From an uncultured archaeon (GTDB lineage Archaea; Thermoplasmatota; Penumbrarchaeia; JASLWR01): a DNA stretch of 43,496 nucleotides. Each line of letters begins with the position of its first letter. Positions within the stretch are counted from its first letter, which is position 1. Positions 32,368 to 40,281 of this stretch are shown here, piece by piece. Both the position numbers and the translations under genes were made by a program. Below the pieces are notes generated by a model. It had not been told where the DNA came from. It did not search any database and was given only the letters and a program-made list of their open reading frames with translations. Location of the stretch: assembly GCA_964342815.1 (NCBI GenBank), contig CAYFHS010000016.1, forward strand, positions 42,515-86,010. Reading direction: 5' to 3'.

Positions 32368-33618
32368 CTATATCAATTCGGCCATAATCGATTCGTCAAA
32401 ATATGATGAACTCATCTCTTCCTTAATTGCTTCTGCAAGCCGACGAACCCCTTCCGTTAACATATCATCATCGGAATAGGAGAAATTCAGCCGCATCGTA
32501 TTGTGACCGCTGCCATCGGGGAAAAAAGCATCACCCACAACATAGGCTACTTTTTTTCCAACAGCCCGTTTGAACATCGCACGCGTGTTGATCCTTTTTG
32601 GAAAAGTTACCCAAAGGAACATTCCACCTCTCGGTATGGTCCACCTGATGTTTTCCGGGAAATATTTTTCGATAGCTTCCAGCATTACATCCCGTTTTCG
32701 CCGGTATAACTTTCTGGTCTTTTCAAGCTGCCGATCCAGGTAACCGCCCTTTATATATTCATAAGCGACATACTGCCCGAAAGGATTCGTACACAGGTCT
32801 GCCGATTGTTTTATCAATGTTAATTTGTTCAAAATTTCCTCGGATGCTATGATCCATCCAAGCCGAAAACCGGGAGCCAAGATCTTCGAGAAAGTGCTCA
32901 TATAAATCACTCTTCCTTTCCGGTCCAGGGACTTTATCGGCGGTATGGCATCTCCCTCGAAAACAAGTTCACCATAGGGATCATCCTCCACAATTATCAG
33001 GTCATACTCCGAGGCAACTTCCAGAAGTTCGATCCGGTTTTCAAGCGACATTGTGACCCCAGAAGGATTCTGGAAGGAGGGAACGGTATAGATGAATTTT
33101 GGGAATATTTCGTTTCTTTGTAGCCTTTTTAAATTCCTTTTAACCGATTGAACGTCCAAACCGTTATCTGTTACGGGTATGGATTCGAAATTCCCTTCGA
33201 ACGCGTGAAAGGCTTGTGATGCTCCAAGATATGTAGGTGCTCCCGTGATTACAACATCTCCCGGTTCGATAAATGTAAAAGCGAGAAGATTGAGAGCCTG
33301 CTGAGCTCCATTTGTTATTATTATGTCATGAAGCTCGCAGTCGATATTCTTGCGCTCCCTCATTCTTGCAGCCAGCACTTTTCGAAGACTGGGTAGTCCC
33401 TCAGTGGTACCGTACTGGAGAGCGTTCACTATGTGATTATTAAATACTTTATCTATGCACTCGCGAATTACATCAATGGGAAAAGCATCAGGGCATGGCA
33501 ATCCACCTGCAAGTGAGATCATACCCGGAAGTTGGGTCAGTTTCAGCAGTTCTCGTATCTCGGATGCCTTTAGTTTTGCCGCTCGTCTTGTAAACAATCG
33601 ATCCAGATTTACTACCAT
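32368..33618 (-). CDS. PLP-dependent aminotransferase, class I (LysN/Aro8-like)
   Basis: ISLAGGLP, LQYG, FQNPSG, IVEDDPY and STFSKILAPGFRLGW (PLP lysine). Confidence 0.93.
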   Translation of the reverse strand: MVVNLDRLFTRRAAKLKASEIRELLKLTQLPGMISLAGGLPCPDAFPIDVIRECIDKVFNNHIVNALQYGTTEGLPSLRKVLAARMRERKNIDCELHDIIITNGAQQALNLLAFTFIEPGDVVITGAPTYLGASQAFHAFEGNFESIPVTDNGLDVQSVKRNLKRLQRNEIFPKFIYTVPSFQNPSGVTMSLENRIELLEVASEYDLIIVEDDPYGELVFEGDAIPPIKSLDRKGRVIYMSTFSKILAPGFRLGWIIASEEILNKLTLIKQSADLCTNPFGQYVAYEYIKGGYLDRQLEKTRKLYRRKRDVMLEAIEKYFPENIRWTIPRGGMFLWVTFPKRINTRAMFKRAVGKKVAYVVGDAFFPDGSGHNTMRLNFSYSDDDMLTEGVRRLAEAIKEEMSSSYFDESIMAELI

Positions 33619-33685
33619 TAGAACACCTATTTGCCAATCTACTTAGGATATATTATGCTTATGGTACAAATAATCGTCAAGGAAT

Positions 33686-34285
33686 TTACACAGCCCAAAT
33701 AAGAAGGGTTATTTTCGCTTTTTTACCGGAATTCCGCATGTGAATCCATACCTGGCTGGAATATCTTTCCTGTGGTGGAGTCCCTTTCAGAATCTTGAAT
33801 CCCTCTTTCCCATATTCACAATTCAAACTGTAATGGTAAGCACGAACCTGACTGCCGTTTGTCAGGGTAAGTGAGGTAATATTATCAAGAATAAATTTTA
33901 TCGGATCTTCGATCCCCAGCTTGACGCTTGAGAGATCGACATTCCCTGCATTTTGACGCAGCATAAGGTCTTCCACCATCAATTCCTGTACATTACGATG
34001 TACGAGTTCCACATCCACAGGGGAGCCGTTCACATACCGCGTGTAATTGGTTATATTCACACTGCATTTCAACAGGGTTTCGAGAGTATCACGGGCATAA
34101 CCCATGTCATCCTTTCTCAATACGACCTCTTCAATTCCGCGAATACCCGAAAGGTTAAGAAAAGTGGATGCAAGGATCAGGATGACAAAGAATAGCAGGG
34201 CATCTATCAATGTGCTCTGTGCCCGCATGTCCCTTTTAATTTTTTGGGGGGCCAACATAGACATCACTCGATATTTCATTTCCAC
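33686..34285 (-). CDS. Pilin-like protein with a class III signal peptide
   Basis: KIKRDMRAQSTLIDALLFFVILILAS: a basic leader, an AQ site and a hydrophobic helix. Confidence 0.6.
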   Translation of the reverse strand: MEMKYRVMSMLAPQKIKRDMRAQSTLIDALLFFVILILASTFLNLSGIRGIEEVVLRKDDMGYARDTLETLLKCSVNITNYTRYVNGSPVDVELVHRNVQELMVEDLMLRQNAGNVDLSSVKLGIEDPIKFILDNITSLTLTNGSQVRAYHYSLNCEYGKEGFKILKGTPPQERYSSQVWIHMRNSGKKAKITLLIWAV

Positions 34286-34764
34286 ATCTCTATCTTCAGC
34301 TGCCCGGGGTGAATCTGTTCATCGCTGACCCAGATGGCGACAGTAGTCACAATAACGTTATGATATTCCCGGACTGTGACTAGATCTAGAAAATTTACGG
34401 CGTTCGTTAGATTTAAATTATATTTTTCAAAATAATTCCCAAGATCCGTGATGCTGATCCTGAAAAAGGTTTTTTCAGGAATTTTCATTAGTTTGGTGAT
34501 ATTGTCAATATCCAATCGGAGAATCTTTCTGGATTCAAAAATCCCTGGCTGACCGTCATATGTCAGGGCAGGGGAGTTTCTGATACCTTCCAGAAATTCC
34601 TGTGTGTCTTCGACCGATAATATATCCTCTCTTTGCTCATTGTAATTATCGTAGGCATTCAATGCTGAAATGAAAAAAATTACAACCGCGGTTGTAATTA
34701 TGAAAAATGCAGGTATCTCATCATAAAAACCCACAGTCCCATTCCGATCCTTATGTAAGCCCAT
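34276..34764 (-). CDS. Pilin-like protein with a class III-like signal peptide
   Basis: MGLHKDRNGTVGFYDEIPAFFIITTAVVIFF. It overlaps the next gene by 10 bp. Confidence 0.55.
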   Translation of the reverse strand: MGLHKDRNGTVGFYDEIPAFFIITTAVVIFFISALNAYDNYNEQREDILSVEDTQEFLEGIRNSPALTYDGQPGIFESRKILRLDIDNITKLMKIPEKTFFRISITDLGNYFEKYNLNLTNAVNFLDLVTVREYHNVIVTTVAIWVSDEQIHPGQLKIEMWK

Positions 34765-34854
34765 CCGGGTAAATTAACGGATTGATGGAATAAATATTTT
34801 GTTGTAGAAAACCACTCGTCAGAATTCCTTTAATTCATATTCGTGCCTTTAATA

Positions 34855-34886
34855 AAACAAAAAAGGAACGGCCAAAACCGTTCCTT
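34855..34886 (-). terminator. Hairpin plus oligo-T terminator-like element downstream of the 1421-aa gene
   Basis: Perfect 9-bp stem AAGGAACGG (34863-34871) / CCGTTCCTT (34878-34886), a 6-nt loop and a following T-run on the minus strand. Confidence 0.65.
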
Positions 34887-34903
34887 ATTAATCCTTTGGA
34901 GCC

Positions 34904-37900
34904 CTAATCGTAAAACTCGTCCTCTTCCTCGTCATCATAGTCTTTGTCGTCATATCCCTCGTCATCATAGTCTTTGTCATCGTAATCTTCGTCATCATAA
35001 TCGTCGTAGCCTTCGTCGTCATATTCGTCGTTATAGTCGTCGTATTCATCATCATAACCAAGGTCATCATCCTTCTTGGGAGTTTCCTCTTCGTCCCATC
35101 CGTCATCATCCTCTTCCTCATCCCACCCCTCATCATCAGACTGTTTTTCCGCATCTTCATCCCAATCGTCATCATCCCCGTCCGACAGAGAGTCCCCACT
35201 CTCAGCTTCGTCCTGAATTGGCATCGGCTCTTCTTTCTTCTTCTGTCCCACTATCACGAAGATAATAACAACGATTACCACAACCGCCACCACAGCGATT
35301 ATTATCCATACCAATAATGAGCTTGACTCCTCCTCGGGTGCCGCACCCTTGGTGGCAGGTGCAGTCCATCCACCCAGATCGTCCGGTGAAACGGTCTCTT
35401 CCATCAGCAAGTCGATGGTACCTTCCGCATCATCGTAATCCGTGTGAGTGAATTTGACCGTGACAGGTTGTCCAGCCCATTCCTCGGGTATGGAAAAGAC
35501 CGCAATACCGTCCGCGCTTGTGGCCTTGGTGTCACTGTATGAGCCAACAGATATTGCTATGGAAGCATCCTTAATTATATTTCCATCATTATCCCTGAAC
35601 GGGCCCAATGTAAGCGTTAAAAACTTCGGCTGCACGATTATCTTGGTTGGTGCAATCCATCCAGTGAGATTGGCCGGGTTGATGACCATGGTCCTAAGGT
35701 TAGTAAGGGTTCCCGAAGCATCATTGTAATCCGCATGAGAGAAAAGAACCGTGACGTTCAATCCAGCCCATGTGGCAGGAATCGAGAAAGTCACGTTTCC
35801 TCCTGTATCGGTGGTCTCTGTGATATTATAAACATCGGCACCCACGATGATCTTTATTGTAGCCTCAGAAAGTATTGTACCATCGGTATCCTTGAATTGT
35901 CCCAGTGTAAGTTCGATTGCAGGTGGGGGCGGAATATTAACCGTGCTGGAAAATGTTATTATTTTTACCAACGTGTCTAGATTCTGTGAGGTCCCGGTTA
36001 TAGTAACGTTTTCAACAGCCCCATCCGTAGCATTGGCAGGTGCAGTCACGTTCACTATCACCGTATCGGTTCCACCTTGAGCCAAGGAAAGAGAGCCGCT
36101 TGAAAGTGCTACCGTCCAATACATAGGTTTTGAGGTGACCGCAAGGTCGATAATGTCCGGTCCATCAGCCAGATTATTCACAATCAGAGAGTAACTGACG
36201 GTTTTCCCCGGTTCGATCACATTGGTGTTATCAGGACTGCTCAGAGCAAAGTTGTAGGTGACCTTGGATATAACCAGATTCACAGGTATGTATTTTGTAC
36301 CCAATGAACTCTCGACTTTGATCCGGCCAGTGTAAAGGTGATGTGCCTGCGATGCGGAGATAGTCACGTTTACGGTGACAGTCTTTATTGCTCCGGCGGC
36401 AAGATCGAAGGAACTTGCGTCAATGGATAGGTTGCTCCCAGGAATAGTCGCCAAACCGTTTTGTGACACCAGCTCATTAGCGGTTATCACTATACCATCC
36501 ACCGGACCAATGCCCGAAGTTTCCGTAAATGTCAGCTCCGTGGTGATCACTTCTCCCGGTTCCGCATCTCCAACAACAGCCGCAGGAGATATACTTAATG
36601 TAGGAATTTCTTCCGGTTCCTGTGAGAATATGGTAAGGGGACCTTCCATGGCAGTTACCACAACATCCGAAGAATGTACCTCCCCGGGAGTGATCTCACC
36701 AGAATAAGCTGCGGAACTGGCTTCCTCCTCCCCAATATATCCTTCGATCTCAAGCTCGTAACTACCGGTTGAAATACCTACAAGCTCGATTGTATACTTA
36801 CCGACCTCTGCAAGAGGTAGAATTATCTGTTCGTCACCAATACCCTCCTCTACAATATCCTGCAAGGAAGACGAATATGAATATGTATGTCCCTTGTAGC
36901 TTAAGGTCGCTCCCGGTATACCTACTTCGATCTTATCGGTATCAAGGACGAGGCCTATATGTCGCCCCTTATCATCATATATGTGTAGAGTCGCATTCGA
37001 ATGTAGAGTGAAAACCGCGGATAGGTTCGCACCTTGCGGTAGGGTCTGTGTTTCCAGGCATAATATGGCATATGCCGTGGCCAGTACAGGCCCGTTGCTG
37101 GACTCCTCCCAGTAACTTTCGTTGAGTTTCTTCATAGCCGTCAGGTTCTCAGTCATATTGTTGGTCCAGTTGTGCGCTCCGTCATTAACATATGTACCAT
37201 TCACAACGTTGATATATTCCATGCCTACCATGGTGAGTGCCTTAGCAAGTGTGATATAATAGTACATCAACCACTGATCGCCCTGGTGCGCATTCTCTTT
37301 CCAGGTATAGTTTCTCTCGACCCACTGAATGGCCGCCTGAACTCTGGGATCGACATCATTCAACCCGCATAGCATCAATGACCAGAGACCCGCAGCGCTC
37401 ATACTGCCATACGAAGGGTCCATTGGACCAGGCCCACCGGGACCCCTTTTGGGTCCACCCATTTCCATCGGCATATAGGTAAATCCTCCGGAAATATTGC
37501 TCTGGCACTTTTCCAGGAAAACCAGGGCTCTCGCCCACATTCCGTCATTCTTGGAAAGGTTACCCCATGCATCGAGACCCATCAATGCCCACTGCGTGTT
37601 CGAAAGATCCGCCCAGTTGGAATCATTGTGACCGTAACCCCATCCTCCGTACATCGGATTCGAATCATTGGTCCCTCCCCAAAGGTTGTTCTCGTCCAAT
37701 TGTGTCTCGTTCAACCAATCACCCATGGCATTGATACCAACGTTGTAATCGGGATTCATTGTAGCCTTTAAGGCTAGAATAGCCATTGAAGCACTGTATG
37801 TGGCATCCTGGTCGATGGGTGGATTGTTCTCATCCCAGTTCAAATTGATTTCATCGATCAAATAGGAGATTGCAGCGTCCACAGTGGCGTTTCCCTCGAT

Positions 37901-39169
37901 TATATTATTGTTCAGGTATGCCAGCAAGCAGAGGGAAGTTATTCCCGGACTGCCATCCCATGAACCATCACCGTGCTGTTGATGTGTAAGCCATGCAAGC
38001 CCGTCGGTTATAAGATCACCCACCACAATAGCCGGATGTGATGCCGGATTGGTGGCATTTGTTCCAGCTTGTTCTTCATCATAGTTGCTGAATCCGTCGC
38101 CATCGATATCCTCATCAAAGAGATCCGGTATCAAATCGCCATCCATGTCGGGTGGGACATCCATCTCATCCAGTGGATTGGAACCAGCAGCGATCTCAAC
38201 GTCATTTGGATATCCATCATCGTCGGCATCGTCGTCATATGCATCGGGCATTCCGTCATTATCGTAATCGGGGGGATAGTCAGTAGCATTTGTCTTGTTG
38301 GTTCCCAGATCGTCCTCCCAGATATCGGCGAATCCGTCGCCATCCGTATCAAGGTAGGATAGGTCCACCCATAATTCCTGCATTCCATATCCCATATTAT
38401 CATTGATATCGAACAACATCATGGTAAAATTGAAACCATAACCCCATCCGTACTTTTCTTGGAGACTGAAGTCCTTCAAGTCTCCGCTGTTGAGTGGAAA
38501 TGACAACTCAATTATGTAATCACCTGTAGCGTTCTCTACCTTATTGCCCGTGAAGTTGAGATTCAAATTGCCGTTCTGCTGTACATCCCCGGACATATTG
38601 AAACCGGGACCGTCATCTTTTCGATCGCCATATAGATCCCCATCGAGAAAGGTGTCCATCCCGGTGAAGTTCAATGCACCCGACTCGTTCCAGTAAGCTA
38701 TGAAGTAGAGGGCCTGGTCGCCGGAACCAAAATGGCCGTCATCCGTATCGAAGGCAAAAATGAACATGTCCCACATGGGGCCATCCCCATCTCCATTTCT
38801 GGTGTTCCCAGGGGGAAGGGTCATGTTCTTTCCCCTCCAGGCGAAATAGAGTTCGGTCTGGTTGTTGTTCATGGCAAACTCGGTCTCAACCATATTGCCT
38901 CCGTGCAACTCATGCATCATAAAATGAGATTGGTTCCAATCCGACAGGTTACCATCGATAAGGGGGGAGGCCGCGGTATAATTCGATATTCGATGCTCCC
39001 ACCAATTACCTTCTTCTTTCATGGTACCTAAAGGTATATCATTATCGTTTATTGCCGCCAATGCAGCAGGAATATATGATAAGATCATTCCCAGGCAGAC
39101 AAATGCTGCTGTATACTGTAATCTTTTTTGTCGGTTCATATTTTTCACCTTTTTTGGTTTGTTCCACAT
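34904..39169 (-). CDS. Surface protein: sugar-binding/DOMON-like N-domain, TSP3-like Ca-binding repeats, prenyltransferase/squalene-cyclase-like alpha/alpha barrel, Ig-like domains, TM, Asp/Glu/Tyr tail
   Basis: PLIDGNLSDW; DTDGDG, DYDNDG and DIDGDG repeats; QW-like GLAWLTHQQHGDGSW; GGWGY; DLSNTQWAL; FLEKCQ...GGFTY; TM LLVWIIIAVVAVVVIVVIIFVIV. Confidence 0.85.
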   Translation of the reverse strand: MWNKPKKVKNMNRQKRLQYTAAFVCLGMILSYIPAALAAINDNDIPLGTMKEEGNWWEHRISNYTAASPLIDGNLSDWNQSHFMMHELHGGNMVETEFAMNNNQTELYFAWRGKNMTLPPGNTRNGDGDGPMWDMFIFAFDTDDGHFGSGDQALYFIAYWNESGALNFTGMDTFLDGDLYGDRKDDGPGFNMSGDVQQNGNLNLNFTGNKVENATGDYIIELSFPLNSGDLKDFSLQEKYGWGYGFNFTMMLFDINDNMGYGMQELWVDLSYLDTDGDGFADIWEDDLGTNKTNATDYPPDYDNDGMPDAYDDDADDDGYPNDVEIAAGSNPLDEMDVPPDMDGDLIPDLFDEDIDGDGFSNYDEEQAGTNATNPASHPAIVVGDLITDGLAWLTHQQHGDGSWDGSPGITSLCLLAYLNNNIIEGNATVDAAISYLIDEINLNWDENNPPIDQDATYSASMAILALKATMNPDYNVGINAMGDWLNETQLDENNLWGGTNDSNPMYGGWGYGHNDSNWADLSNTQWALMGLDAWGNLSKNDGMWARALVFLEKCQSNISGGFTYMPMEMGGPKRGPGGPGPMDPSYGSMSAAGLWSLMLCGLNDVDPRVQAAIQWVERNYTWKENAHQGDQWLMYYYITLAKALTMVGMEYINVVNGTYVNDGAHNWTNNMTENLTAMKKLNESYWEESSNGPVLATAYAILCLETQTLPQGANLSAVFTLHSNATLHIYDDKGRHIGLVLDTDKIEVGIPGATLSYKGHTYSYSSSLQDIVEEGIGDEQIILPLAEVGKYTIELVGISTGSYELEIEGYIGEEEASSAAYSGEITPGEVHSSDVVVTAMEGPLTIFSQEPEEIPTLSISPAAVVGDAEPGEVITTELTFTETSGIGPVDGIVITANELVSQNGLATIPGSNLSIDASSFDLAAGAIKTVTVNVTISASQAHHLYTGRIKVESSLGTKYIPVNLVISKVTYNFALSSPDNTNVIEPGKTVSYSLIVNNLADGPDIIDLAVTSKPMYWTVALSSGSLSLAQGGTDTVIVNVTAPANATDGAVENVTITGTSQNLDTLVKIITFSSTVNIPPPPAIELTLGQFKDTDGTILSEATIKIIVGADVYNITETTDTGGNVTFSIPATWAGLNVTVLFSHADYNDASGTLTNLRTMVINPANLTGWIAPTKIIVQPKFLTLTLGPFRDNDGNIIKDASIAISVGSYSDTKATSADGIAVFSIPEEWAGQPVTVKFTHTDYDDAEGTIDLLMEETVSPDDLGGWTAPATKGAAPEEESSSLLVWIIIAVVAVVVIVVIIFVIVGQKKKEEPMPIQDEAESGDSLSDGDDDDWDEDAEKQSDDEGWDEEEDDDGWDEEETPKKDDDLGYDDEYDDYNDEYDDEGYDDYDDEDYDDKDYDDEGYDDKDYDDEEEDEFYD
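34907..35060 (-). repeat. YDDxx pentapeptide-type acidic repeat at the C-terminus
   Basis: ...YDDEGYDDYDDEDYDDKDYDDEGYDDKDYDDEEEDEFYD. An exact 22-bp duplication lies at 34927-34948 and 34957-34978. Confidence 0.85.
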
Positions 39170-39301
39170 GTATGAAAATAACTATATAGGAATGAAACTT
39201 CTATTAATTAAATTTATCTATCAGATGCTAAATCAATATCCTGCGATGGAAGCACTGGCATCAGAGAAAGAACTTATAAAATAACAGAGCATTAATTTTT
39301 T

Positions 39302-40267
39302 ATGAATAATCTCTCAAAAACCTTTTATATTGTTTATTGTTTTCTTTTATTGATGGATTTTTTCGCGACCATAGCCGTTATTGCCGCTATAATATCAGGC
39401 ATATTCTTTATCGGGGCTTTGATCTGGGCGGTAAATAGCTTTCTTAAAAGTAGAAATGATGCAACACCGACCCATGTCAATCTTAATCAGTATCAGGAAG
39501 TAGGAAATTCTCAAATTGGAAACTACAATAATTACCTACAAAATAATCCTTCAACCATGACCGATATCGAAAATCCACCGTCACAATATTACAATCTCAA
39601 TACTGAAGAACAATATACAACAAGCTATGACACCTCGGACGATGATTTATTCGTCCCACCGAAAGGCAAGGGATTTGCTGCCGCCTCAGAGACATCCGAG
39701 ATCTCCGGGCAGGACTTCTACAAGGTAACCGGCTATGATTTTGACTCGGAGCTTAATGATACTGATGAAAAATTGAAGGAGATATCGGACGAAAAGATTC
39801 TCCCACAGGTAATCATAGCCGATGGAAAGATGCCCACCATAGAAAAACGGGAACGTCCCCAGAAACGAGTGCTGCCTGAATCCACAAGATGTAACATCTG
39901 TCTAGGGTATATCAAGACCGGCTTACCCCTTATAACCTGCGTCTGCTCTAAGAATTATCATATCTCGTGTGCCAGCCGGGTAGAGGAATGTCCAATGTGC
40001 CACCACGATATGTTGGATTACGATGATATTGAGCTGCGCAAAAAGGCTGAGGAAACGGAGGATACGGCAAATGATGATGGGGATGAAATAGAGAGGGAAA
40101 TTGAGGAAGAAATCATAGATGGAGCTGAAAAACAGGATGACGGGATCGACATTCTTGACAAGGAGCAGATGGCCCGATTGAAAAAATTACTTGAGAGATA
40201 TGATCTGAATACCGATGATTCTTTGAAAACATCATTAGGTATGATGAGGTATAATAAAGACGATTAA
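39302..40267 (+). CDS. Membrane-anchored protein with a cytoplasmic C4HC3 RING/PHD-like zinc finger
   Basis: N-terminal TM (probable start at ATG 39353, with TTTTATAT about 25 nt upstream). C-x2-C-x12-C-x-C-x4-H-x2-C-x6-C-x2-C at 39890-40000. Confidence 0.75.
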   Translation: MNNLSKTFYIVYCFLLLMDFFATIAVIAAIISGIFFIGALIWAVNSFLKSRNDATPTHVNLNQYQEVGNSQIGNYNNYLQNNPSTMTDIENPPSQYYNLNTEEQYTTSYDTSDDDLFVPPKGKGFAAASETSEISGQDFYKVTGYDFDSELNDTDEKLKEISDEKILPQVIIADGKMPTIEKRERPQKRVLPESTRCNICLGYIKTGLPLITCVCSKNYHISCASRVEECPMCHHDMLDYDDIELRKKAEETEDTANDDGDEIEREIEEEIIDGAEKQDDGIDILDKEQMARLKKLLERYDLNTDDSLKTSLGMMRYNKDD

Positions 40268-40281
40268 AAGAAATCTTCCTT

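Noticed and set aside
37045-38015. Hopanoid or sterol biosynthesis (functional squalene cyclase)
   Set aside because: No DxDD/DCTAE catalytic motif, predicted extracellular location and no pathway genes nearby.
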